From Amphiscolops sp. MND2022 (Eukaryota): a stretch of 64,000 nucleotides of DNA. The position numbers were made by a program, and so were the translations under genes. Below the pieces are notes generated by a model. The model was not told where the DNA came from. It was given only the letters and a program-made list of their open reading frames with translations, and made no database searches. Shown here piece by piece: positions 13,701 to 25,659 of the stretch. The stretch spans positions 55,800,001-55,864,000 of the forward strand of contig OZ076416.1 in NCBI GenBank assembly GCA_964187785.1, in the 5' to 3' direction. The stretch's first letter is position 1, and each line of letters begins with the position of its first letter.

Positions 13701-15723
13701 AACATCACCAAATCCAACGATGCAGTCACTCTTGGCGATGTTCCCTCAATGGTGTCACGAAGACGACGAACAGTACCGTAGACGCATTGATGACATCAAA
13801 ACCCAGGTGCAACCATTTGTAACGCCCTCTGACCCAGCACTGTTCTTCACCCGATTTTGCCAACGGAACCAGGTTCACGCGGTAAATCAGGTATGCCCTT
13901 CGGGGACTTCAGAAATTGTTAAGGCTCAAGGCGAAAACAGTGACGTTCAACGTGTAATTAGGATCCTTACTGTCCAAGAAACTCCTCCGAACCAAGTGAA
14001 CTTTACAAGTACCTTTTTCCAAAAACTCTTTAAGAACCGTAAAAGACTTGAAGTAGTGAACAACGCGTTGTACAGGCAGTTTTTGGACAACGTAGGAAAC
14101 TTAGCTTACCGACAAATTGTAGTTCCTCCAGAAACTACGGAAGCCATATTCAGGACGATGCATGGCGACCCCATGCAGGGACACCCTGGCGCTTCCAAAA
14201 TGTTAGGTGAACTAAGGAAAAGGTACTACATCCCGAACTTAGCTGAAAAGGTCCAAAACTTTGTAAACAACTGCAAAGACTGTATTAAAGCTAAACCTGT
14301 GAAACCTAACACCGTGAAACCACCGCTTGAACCGATATACGACCCTTGCAATGGTCCTGAAGACGTCCTGGAAATTGATCTCGTAGGTGAGTTACCGCGA
14401 TCTAATGGGTACTCACACATTCTGACGGCCTGCGATTACTTTTCACGATATCTGTTTGCCATTCCAATCCGTAAACCTGACGCAAAATCTGTCGTCGAGG
14501 CTCTGCTAGACATTTTCACAAAACACGCATATGTGCCAAAACACATCATCACTGACAAAAGATCTGCCTTCACCTCACAAGTAATAACTGAACTGATGGA
14601 AAAGGCTGGGATAAAAGTTTCCCACGCGACAATCAAACATGCCCAAACTATTGGGATGATCGAAAGGTCGCATCAACGTTTGAAACAGATTCTGAAAATA
14701 AACGTATCTGCCGACCGCCCTCAGTGGGACCGATACGTCAACCTCTCTGTGATGGCGCACAATACGACCTACCACCAAACTCTGAAATGTTCACCGACTG
14801 AAGTCTTCCACGGCCGCGTGCCATACAACGCACTAGACTTTAAATTTGGCAACCCTCTTAGTCCCCCGAGGAATGCCACTGATACACAGTCGTTAGTGGA
14901 CAACCTGAACACCAAATTCAAAGAAACTCACACCAATATCATCCGAGCCTTTCACAAGTACAAAGCGTACTATGACCGAAAGGCACAAGCATCACCATTA
15001 AAAGTAAACGACTTTGTTTTTTTACTGAATCCTAAAATCAGCACACAATCAGAAAAAATCCCTTTCAACTCTTTCAAATGGGAAGGACCTTACAAGGTAG
15101 TTAAGGTCTTGACACAATCGAATTATGTCATCCGAAAAATCGGTACCTTCAAGACGCAGTGCGTACATAGAATGCGGCTCCGCCCATTTGTACCTCACGA
15201 CAAAATTGAAGACGTGACGGATGACGTAAACCGACATTACAGTGATCCTGACGCAATTGACGATCAGTCAATATTCAACGATAATCTGCCTGCAATCGAA
15301 CGATCACCGCCAGCTGAAAACACATTTAAACTCGACACAAACGAAACTGAAGCAATCGCTTCCGAGCACGGAACAATTTATTACGAACACAAACGGGTTC
15401 ACGAGGTCCCACCTCTGTCTAACTCGCTTCGTGAAGCCATCCGCACCGAAAATACGTACCAAAATAGAACTGAAATTCAATCCGACGAACCACCTACATC
15501 GCTGCCTAATCATGAGTCTAAACAACAAATTCCGACACATAATGATGCGGAGTCAACCACATCATCTGCCGAAACACCTACACCGATAACACGCAACAAC
15601 ATTACTCGATACAGCCTTCGTGAGGCACCTGTGCCTAAAACGTTCGACAACTTCCTCGTTCACGAACTGCAAGCAAAGCCCGCCCTTTTAAACTTCATGC
15701 AACGCAAATCTGAAAGCCAATAG
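10780..15723 (+). pseudogene. pol: pol polyprotein (PR, RT, RNase H, IN) with one in-frame stop at 12901-12903
   Basis: PR LLDTGAIQS; RT FAYLRLAQGL and YVDD; RH CDAS, TDNK, ADYLSR; IN HGDPMQGH...CKDC, IDL, TDK, ERSH and GPY. ORFs 11074-12903 and 12922-15723 share a frame. Confidence 0.95.
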
Positions 15724-17319
15724 AAAATACATGCAATCATTACAATGTAGTCTATATCACCACATGCAGCAATCATACCATTGAATTATCCTATTTATTT
15801 TACACCATTCAGTGACGACTGATACTCACTGTCCTACATACTCAAGTTTACCGGCAGAGTAAAATGTTACTCTCTACCGAGACAGCTGAGCGCTAAAGTA
15901 AATACATGAAATGCAGTCACATACACCACATCACTCCAACCGGAAATTGTTAAGTACATGTAAAGCACGTACAAACGACCTACTAATTTATGCAATTCAC
16001 GAAAAATCCCAACCACACACTTTCAAAGGAAATGCTCGGCAATTTTGCACCCACCAATCCTAAATCAGCTAAACTAAACTGTTTTCAAACACGTCTCAGT
16101 CCATAGTTGAGTACAAAAAAGAAAACGCCGACTCGTTTAAGTTACGTCAATAGAACCTAGTCTCACACTTCCGCTCCAGAAAGCCATGATGTGGTTTGAC
16201 TGTGTGGGTGCGTCGTCAAAAGCGCGTCTGTGTGGTTGTACAAACATTCAGATGAAGCTTGCTCTTTAGCAAGTGGATTCGGTGTTAGTTTTGAAAGGGT
16301 TTTTGCGACGGCAAATAACCTTCCAAATGAACTGAAAGCAAAGCGAAACTTCTTAAGGACAGTAACATGCAGTCGTCACGCCAACTTCACCCGACAATTA
16401 AGTCGTGACACCCTCGTTCTTACTGGTGATTCGTAGGCCTCGCCTCGCGTCAGAAAGAACAAGGTACTTAAAGCACATGTAGTCACTATCACCACAAACC
16501 CGAAAATTCGAAACAAGGGATGGATCAGACCACCCCTTGTAAAAGAGAAAAAAAATCTGTTTAATGGACATGGGGAAACCCATCTTCCATTAAATTGACG
16601 TTAACATTTGACACACGTCACGAGTGATGACGTCTCATGACACACATCAGTGATGACGACGTCAGAACTAACGCTCAATTTTACGAGCATAACAACACAT
16701 ATAAAGCAAAAAAAAATGATTGGCACCTTAGAATGACACTTATGCGTGTAAACACCCGTTAAAACACACGCACTTAGAGTATATATAGCATGCAAAGCAT
16801 CTAATTCGATCATTGGGAAGGAGCGGTGCAGCTCCGTTCATTCACCTTGGTGTAACCACAGGGCGTCAATACCACTTTCCGAGACCTGTGGGTAAACCTC
16901 CGTGAATGAAATTCTGTCTAAATTGGTGGCTACGCAAGTAACCACCATACAATCTCACTGAAACAAAAAACAACTCTACTCAGCTTCCTGACAAATTGAC
17001 ACCAGCTAACGAAGCCCCCATGTAAAAAATTTGTATAACGTAAGCAACATGTAAATTAACCACCTGCTCACGCGTGAAATCAAAGCTGAGCCAAGAAATC
17101 AATCAGCACTACTAAAAGTAAGTAAACAACGCATGTAAAGTCTACATATAAACCATCAAGCATCTAGAGCGAGGAATACACAAACACCAAATAGTAACAG
17201 CAAAAGGCACGTCAACATGCCAAGAACAAATATCCCAACTTCAAACGTTTAATAATAAAAACAAAAAACAAATGCAAAATAATTGACTCAATCACGAAAT
17301 GTTCTCTATCCAGTTTCTT

Positions 17320-20300
17320 CTAATCTTGCTCATCCGATGAGTATAGTGCACAACGGCTTTGCCGTTTCTTTCCACTCACAACCACTTCATTAGCCGAGTC
17401 ATTATCGGAGCCACCAACGGTTGCTAACTGCAAGAACTTCTTGCCCCGAGGTTTTCCACCAGTCCGGCGCCCGCTAGACTGACGACTAGTAGACGGCCCT
17501 TCGCGAACTGCGCTCTTCACACTTTTCCGAATTGACGTCCTGCTTCGCTGCAACGACCGAATAGGGGTAGATCCACTTGCTGGCAACGTAACGTCTTCTT
17601 GTCGCCGAAAAACTTTCTTAACTGAGGTACCACGCTTAAGAACCGGGCTGCTACGCCTTCCGGGACGGGGAGGACTCAGCACTTCCACAAGATCAAGTTG
17701 CGCCAATACGTTCGACCGGTAATCATCTATCCGCACCGTGGTAGGGAGTGACAGTTCATTGGACAAAGTAGCATTACCACGTGCCAAGGCTTCCCCTAAC
17801 CCAGATTTCATCAGCTGATCACATGGTCTACTTCGGGCCTCATCGGATAATCGAGAGACCTGCATATCACTCGTCTCGCACACTCGTAGCAATCCAGTTA
17901 GAGTTTGACGCGTATGTCCCGCATAAGACTTGGCAAGCCAACTCCGAACAAAATGTAAACTGGAACGTAGGGTATCTACCGGCATCGCAACGTCCACATC
18001 ATCAACAAAATCTAGCTCATAAGTCCCAACTGCATTCAGTCCAAACAGAATGTTGACCACGGTCAACAACTCTTGACATCGCGACCAGTAAGGATAAGAG
18101 AACCACATAGTTACCACGTCGTCAACTACCGGTACATTTTCTGTCAACGTCCACTTCTTCTTGAAGACTTGTGTCACTTCCCGATATTGTCGTAGTACAG
18201 CAGTAACATCTTCATCATCAAGGAGTTGATATCTCGACAGAGTAGCAAACGTGCCAACCAGAGCATCGATACACCGATCGTCAGATCCTCTGTGAATCAA
18301 CTCTGGATCAAATGGGGTCATACTAAAGTGACTAATAGCACCCTGCTCCCATGCTCCTGTTACTTCCCGACAAACAACGCCCAACAATTTCTGAACCGAT
18401 CTATAAAAGAACGGCAACTGGGTTCGTACGTCGTATCGGAAATATTGCCCGAAGTGCAGTTTGTAAAGGCCCTCGTCCACTGTCACGTACTCGCAGTCTA
18501 CCGGTGTCAGCAGGGCTCTCACTTCAACTTCCGCAGGGATCACTGAAGGCGGATACACGAAACACATAAGTTTTCGGACGAATTGTGACAGCTCGCGCTC
18601 TGCTAACATGTTACTGTCTCTGCCACTTCTGCACAAACGCGGACAAGTCTCGACTACTGCAAACACAAAACAAAACACATGAATCAGCGTTCATACCCTC
18701 TTTTTTCCGACTTAGGATTACTTCACCAAAAAAGTCATATTGAAAAACGCGCCTATGTCTAGCCACTTACTACATCACACCAAATTCAAAACCCCAACAA
18801 AAAAAACAAAAAAAATCGAAACGTGTGACAACTAACGCAAATCCAGAATGAGTCGTAACACAGCAAACCGGGGGCGCATCATTGCATCGTCGAAAACTTG
18901 CACCTCAAGCGGAGTAACCAGACGCAGCTCAGAAGTCACGTTAGGCCTGTGAGTGCCAAAGTACACAGCTAGATCATTCCAGTGCTCAACGACTTCAGTA
19001 CACAATGAGGCCAACACAACCACATCACTCCCTCCAAAGCGAATGAACTGCAAAACAAAACACAGCTGAAAGTTTGACATCATCTACTTACTGTCATAGC
19101 CTACGCACCTAACGTTTCAATTTACCAAAAACAATAAAATATATCCGCGTATATATTAACAAACCAATGTCCTATACATAACCACATCATAAACGATAAT
19201 GCCAAGTACTTACTCGTCTAAGTTTCGGCAATCGATCCATGAAACCCTCCTGCACTACAGCGGCTAAACGAACACGCAAGTAGTCCAACACGTTGAGTGG
19301 GTCGAGACCGCCAAATTCCGCTAGGAATTGCTTCCTCACGAGATCCAACAACCATATTTGGGTCACTCGACCGACAACCAAGGGATCAGTGATTCCAATT
19401 GCTGCTGCTAGAGCATGTCCAATTCGGGTCTCAGACTCAGTGCTATACATCTTGATATTTGAGGCATGTTGCAAACTGAGTAACACTGGTACTACATTGG
19501 CAATCATACTCGTCTCCCACCCAGCTCCGGCGGCCACTACGCCAAAAACCACAGTCTTGATCGCACAGTCTCCGACCACATGACACTCACAGATCCAATC
19601 AGAGTTCTGTCTTCTCAAGCTCACACCAACGTTCTTACCACGGGATAGCAGACAGTCCAACTGTTCGACGACGAACCGGTACAGTCCGTACAACACCAAA
19701 CTCTGTAAACACAGCCAATCACACAAATGAGGAGCTCACCTTCACATCATAGATTAACACAAAAACAACTGTACCCATATCAACGCGTTAAGAAACCCCC
19801 CCTTTGACAACCAAAGCCCGCAAACACGCATTCAGTACTAAAGCCCAAAAACAGCAAATGTATACACGTACCTGACATCGGGCATAAGTCAAGGAGCGAC
19901 ACTCGACACGTAGCTGAGCACTCATACCATCTCGCCATGACTCCACCATCCTCATCACAGAACCGAACGAAGCAACATTGCAAAAGCTGCTTATGAATTG
20001 GCCTAACCACAGGTAAGCCGCACTCTCTGTAGGCAATGTTGGTCTTTCACCAGCAGACGCTTCGGCCTCTTCAATCGCGACCCTCTCATCCACGGACAAA
20101 CTCAACTCGGACTCCAGATACACTGGAGGCTCTGTCATCCTCTCTTGGCGAATTCGTCTATCCTCCTCTGCGGTTACTGGGCGGCAAGCTTTATCAAGTA
20201 GTGGCATTTGCATTATTATGCGATACTTTTGCTCAAGGCGCGTATGTCCTACGCCTCGCCAATGTTCCCACAACGAAGACAAGCCACGCCCAGCAATGCT

Positions 20301-21781
20301 GAGATCTACTTTACAGAGGAGACATCTAGCGTAGCCATCCACCACTCGTTTGTGTCGGGGGAAGCCCACGAAAGTCCCGACCACGCCTGAGACAAAGTAT
20401 GAAGGCTTCAACGTCTTCACTTTCCTCACTCGCGCTGAAATAATCGACACACTCACACGCAAACCAGCAACCCAAAATAGTGCTAGCAACGACTCCTAAC
20501 CCCCCGTTAACTTCAAAAAAAAATGTGTGTAGTCTCCTATATGCCTTGAGTTTGGGAACTGTTACTAAAACCCCTCCCATGATCTTTTGAGATTCTTTAC
20601 CAGGTTTTGATGAGGTAGCAGCTCCTCCACCCGTCGACACCAACGACCGCACTCCTCCGAACGCAGTTGGCACATCGGACAACTGACTTGGACTGAAGGA
20701 CGCTGCACTACTAACGGCCACAGGACTGATCGACTCTTCCAACTGAACGGGAGGCACAGCTGGTACGACCTGATCCGCCCCGCTCCCAGAAGTCGTTGCA
20801 ACCCCCGCAAATTGGTCCATAGCCGCCTTTAACTTCTGCACACAGTCTTCGATTGCCAGCACACCAGCAGGACCCAACTCTCCGAACTTCGCATCTATTA
20901 CTGCTTTGATTGTCTCTGACAATTCTTTCGTCATTCGTGCCAGCGAAGACTCCATTTCATCCCTTGTCACGGGCACGCCAGCAGAAGTTCCTACAACACA
21001 AATCAGTTTTTCCGCCATATGACGTGTGTCACACGACATGCGGACCACAGCCGACCCAAACACCGAACCAAGACTAGCAGTATACTCGATATGATGTATG
21101 ACAACCGACCACTTACCCAATTCACCAGCAAGGACGGAACTGAAGCGATCTTCCACAGCAGTTATTTTGGGTGAACCACCCGCGGCATCACCTCGTTTCG
21201 AAGCCAGCAGTGAGCGGAGTAACTTTACGACGTCTACAAGCGATAACTCTTCTGAAGCACAATAATGTCTCATTAGCCACCTCATCAGTTACCCAGAGCA
21301 TTAGATCCCGGGAAGTACACACGCCTCAATGCTAGTACCGCTCAAACGACATACTGGCTTACAATAATTCAGAATGCTCTGAAGGAAAGATAACCTTTAT
21401 CGGTTATTATTTCGAAAAAACTACTTGTGACCCACGACTACGGAAGTCACTGTCCTACAAAACTACCTGAGCGCTAATTACACACAGCGAAGGGCAAAAA
21501 GAAAAGAAATAGTGAGACTACTCACGGAATTCACTCGATAGCGCAATCTCCAACAACGTGTTAGCTGCCTCATTGTTGGAAGCAGTCACCTTGCCCGCAA
21601 AGCGACAACACGTTCCAAAACGCTCTCCTGACAGGGCTTCCTCGACAGCAGCCGGCAATTCACTACCTATCGAAGAGAAACTGAACTGCTCCAGCTCAGT
21701 GAGCACTCCTTCTGCTGCCAACACAACTGCAGCTACTTCTGCATCAGCCTGGGACGGCCCTTCCTGCGCCGGTGAACTCAT
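17320..21781 (-). CDS. Six-exon antisense cargo gene, predicted 1168 aa: coiled-coil N-terminus, C2H2/BED-like zinc finger, degenerate hAT-transposase-like body, basic low-complexity tail
   Basis: Exons 21781-21526, 21251-20601, 20434-19872, 19702-19214, 19047-18837 and 18656-17320 total 3507 nt. All five GT-AG introns (274, 166, 169, 166, 180 bp) join ORF-track frames in phase. Zinc finger CLLC-x16-H-x5-H at about 20324-20244. Confidence 0.8.
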
Positions 21782-22473
21782 GACAGTAATAACAAGCAAG
21801 TCTGAAAAGTAATCAACTTGAGGCTAATGAACTGAAAGCACACAGTCGTTTGCGATTTACTAAGGTTCAAAGTAACTTCCAATGATGATGTGGACTGATC
21901 ACCCACATTGTCTATGCAAAGTAACTACCCAAAAAATCCAAAGGGATAACCTAATTCCTGAATATCACCAACCACACTACTCCAAAAAGGGCCAAAGCCT
22001 ACCCGAAAAATCCTCCAAAATCACAATACGACTCCCTGGCTTATCCTAATTATAGCCCACTTGATCATTGATACAATCACTCAGAAGGCCGCGGCCGAAC
22101 TGAATTGCCGAAGAATCGCACAAAAGAATATACTGGAGAAATTTTTGCTTCTCGTATTTGGCATCGACGAAGAATTGTTTACAGATCGCACGATGTTCCA
22201 CTACAACCACTTCCGAACGATTACCGGATGAGCCGAGTAATTATATGACGCTGCCACGTTAGATTAATTTCCGGCAAATTCATTCTTATTTTAACTCTCT
22301 TACTGCAAACAATGCGCACGATTGGATGACGTGGCTACTCTCGCCACATTGACTCTATATTTACTCTTTACCGAAGTGGAACAGCCAATGCGTGACCAAC
22401 ATTTTCTTCGCTCACTCGCCATATCGAGCCGAAGCGACAATCTACTCGAATATTTTCAATCACGAAATCAATT

Positions 22474-22630
22474 CGCCACTACCAATGTGGTTACTATAAC
22501 AACATCGCTGCTTATTTCCAACCGTGATGTCATCCCGCCACTACCAATGTTGTTGCTATAACAACATCACTGCTCATTTCCAACCACGAAGTCAACTCGC
22601 CACTACTAATGTGGTCACCATAACAACATG
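22474..22630. repeat. 62-bp tandem repeat, about 2.5 copies, carrying CCAAT motifs
   Basis: cgccactac(c/t)aatgt starts at 22474, 22536 and 22598, between the antisense gene start and the 3' LTR. Confidence 0.85.
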
Positions 22631-22747
22631 AGCGCTCAATCTAATTAACGAATACAGCATTTTCAACCTTGCTCATTAGCATACCGCGTCCAATCTACCA
22701 ACCAACTGAACGAGACATTTCGCCATTTCAGCCACATGTTCTTTTTC

Positions 22748-22762
22748 AAAAAAGACCCGGAG
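22748..22762 (+). promoter_or_regulatory. Polypurine-tract-like sequence AAAAAAGACCCGGAG
   Basis: Purine-rich run directly before the 3' LTR TG; interrupted by CCC. Confidence 0.5.
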
Positions 22763-23791
22763 TGTCATGCCTGACGCATGAAAATATCAAACAATGATGT
22801 GGTCAACCATCCTGCATACCTGAACTAGAAACAAAATGTCGAAACAGTAAAAGAATGATGATGAAAGGGAAGAATGTGGTGGAGTCAACCACATCATAAA
22901 ACTCGAACTCGAATCTGCTAAGCATCATTTCTATTCATTCCCCAAATAACTTTACTTTTATCTCCCATATTTCATACATTTGTTATGCATGTTATTTAAA
23001 TCAATCTCGTGAACTTTTAGTTAAAAGTGAAAGTAAAATGGCTGATACACCATCATCAGATTTCGTTCTGGTGCAGTTAGTCATGTAAACAATTATATAC
23101 ATTAACCATTCACATATATGATGCTAGTAGTGCAACCACATCATTATACCAAATTTGAGTCATGTAACCATAGCAACGTAACTACATTCATTTTGGTGCT
23201 GCGACCATATTGCGCAATTACTAACAAAGGTGCGAACGAAAAATAGAAATATGATTGGTTGATGTGGTCACGTGACCAACGTCGCCATAATTATTACCAA
23301 GTGAAATAGTAACATCAGTAGATTTTGCGATAGATTACGATACAGTTGCTAAATACGTACCTCTCAGTTAAACACGATTTGTTACCAAAATACTTAACCT
23401 TTCTCATAATCAATCAATACAACCTCAAAAATCCAATATCTCTTCAAAATGGTTAATACGAGATCCCAAGTAACAGACAACCAGCATACCTTCATGTGCC
23501 GAACAGATCGGCATAGCGATACCGAAAGTGAGAGCAGTGTCCCAGAAGTTCTCACGAGAGAACAGATGAGTGAGTTTGACAACGGGAATTTGTTGGATTA
23601 CAGTGGCGAGTCAGAACGTCGAGCAGTAGATCAGAGATTTACTGAAATGACTAGACAAATAAGTGAACTGACAAACTTAGTTCTTGCTCTGACCGAGAAA
23701 ATATCGTCTAATGAAAAGCCATCCTCTAGCAATAGAGAAGGGAACGTACCTAACATCACCACATCAAATGAATCTGATACACGTTCCGACA
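22763..23791 (+). repeat. 3' LTR of element 1; its gag N-terminal frame (23449-23880) reads out into flanking DNA
   Basis: Direct repeat of 8568-9599. Identity stops exactly at CCGACA (23791). Confidence 0.95.
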
Positions 23792-24853
23792 GGACTCAGT
23801 GGAGTTCGTTTGATCATTGCGAGTCGTTTCAGCGACCACGTAGTCCACATATTACGTTCGAGAGATGTGATGTTAAATAGAATGAGAGAACATTAAAAAC
23901 CGAAAGTCGACTAAATTTGCACAATGAGTCAAAAGCAGGTCGCAGAAAGCGAAAAAGTGCCTGGAAATGTTGATTTTTGTTAATTACATCGCTCATTTAG
24001 GTCAAATTATGTCGATGTGATAAAAAATGTCGCGATGGAATACATTTATACACCGATTTTCAGCACTTTGAGGTAAACCTAACCTGTTTTTGCTAAGATC
24101 CTTGTCGCAGGCTGCCGCCTGTGACGGCATGTATTATCAAATTGCTCCGGAGAACGATCAAAGTAACCCCGGACCAGGAGTACTCCCTATATGAAACACT
24201 TTAAACGCTACTTCTTGTATTATCTATTTCACTTCAAATACAATTTCATCTAAAACATAATAAATCAACAATTGGTTAATTGCCTACCCCAATATTGTAA
24301 TATTTTGACCACTGGTCAATTTGACATCAACGTACTACTTTAGTTATTCTGAATATTAAATTAGTTGTCATTTCATTCATTGTAATTTCATTTGCTTAGT
24401 AACTCTAATACTTTGACGATGCGACAAATATTTCAGGTGAGATACATTTGTATTCAATCAATAAGCGATGTTGAAATGAGCTTTAATAGCTTGCATTACA
24501 GGTTAAAAGATTGGAAGCGCGTTCAACTGACTCAACACTGCAGTCAAGTTGACGCGCGGTCTTAATATTTTCTGACCAAACAGAGCTCAGAATGAACCAA
24601 TCATTGCTTGGCCAGAATTTGCATTTCACTAGATATGACACTCACACTTAATGAAATATTGCACTTAACTTAGTTTTAGTTACATGTAAAAAGTAAGTGT
24701 GATGTTTTGATGTTATTTATAGTTCTCCCATCAGGATGACGCAATGTCTGGCGACCTATTTATTTTAGTATCTATAACCTAACAAAAAACTCAAAAACTA
24801 TTTTTAAAATGAACATATTCTAAACTTAGCAACACTACACTCAACACTATGGT

Positions 24854-25659
24854 TGTCATGCAGTTCTGACTATATATACGAGGAATTTGATGCGATTAAA
24901 AGGATTGTTGATGATATATACTCACGAGCGACGTTACTGTTTAGTTTGTTCCGACGTTTTAAACTGACAATTCACTGTTAAAAACAATACAATTTCTTGA
25001 AAATGCCTTCAACTAGAAAGCAGAAAGCAAAAGAGAAACGTTCTAGACAATCTGACGTTATGTCTGATATCGAGAATCTTGATGTAAAGTTAGGGAGTTA
25101 TCAAAGAGATGACAGCGAAACGCAGGATGGGAATAACGAAAAAGATATAGACTTAAGGTCAAAGAGACGAGGAGAAAGTTTGAATCAGAATGAAAATGAC
25201 TACAGGTCTTACTTAAAAACTTATCGCAGTGAGAATAGTTGTTTGACTGTGGAAACTAGTAGGGTTATCAATTCAGAAAATTTCGTTACTAGTGTCTAGG
25301 AAGTTTCAAGAGATGCAGACAAGTTTAAATTCTCAGATATTAGTTGTTATTAATGCTGCAATTAAAACAAGGGTGTTACCAAGCATCAAAAATGCTCTAG
25401 GAATCCAGAATTCAGCTAAAAATACAAATTTGGTCCTTCGGTCAGGTTAACTGCATCCGAGGATTTTCAGTCAGGTACGTTCACAGAAGGACCTTCAGTC
25501 ATATAGACTGCATCCAGAAAGTGACAACCATGTGGCTCTGGGTGCTCAGAATGACTTCGTGACTTCCCCGGATAAGTAACGACGATACGTGACCGAATGA
25601 ATCACTGTGAAGAGAATTAGATGATTCTCATCATAGTGATGATGAATCTTGTTACGACA
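24854..25659 (+). repeat. 5' LTR of element 2, containing the gag start (MPSTRKQKAK, ATG 25003)
   Basis: TGTCATG...TACGACA followed by PBS; homologous to 32340-33063 and 37022-37745 with indels. Confidence 0.85.

Larger units (their letters stand above)
8568..23791 (+). mobile_element. Ty3/Gypsy LTR retrotransposon, element 1 (15.2 kb, with about 7 kb accessory region after pol)
   Basis: Paired ~1.03-kb LTRs (TG...CA), PBS, PPT-like tract, gag with two CCHC knuckles, pol in PR-RT-RH-IN order. Flanks GTACT (8563-8567) and GGACT (23792-23796) fit a 5-bp TSD with one mismatch. Confidence 0.95.

Noticed and set aside
15551-15566. 16-bp match gagtcaaccacatcat between the pol 3' end and the LTR (about 8686)
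   Set aside because: A single short match within 15 kb is near chance level and has no structural context.
9202-15589. Many short minus-strand and alternate-frame ORFs over gag-pol
   Set aside because: They are shadows of the long coding frames, with no motifs or consistent splice structure.
20436-20497. Alternative acceptors for cargo intron 2 (AG at 20497-20496 and 20484-20483)
   Set aside because: The first keeps the exon 2 frame and stops at 20326; the second is in frame but has a weak pyrimidine tract. attatttcAG at 20436-20435 is the best fit, but this junction is the least certain.
17320-21781. Cargo as an active DNA transposon nested in element 1, or as a DIRS-type tyrosine recombinase
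   Set aside because: No TIRs or 8-bp TSD seen around it, no recognisable DDE triad, and no R-H-R-Y recombinase motifs.
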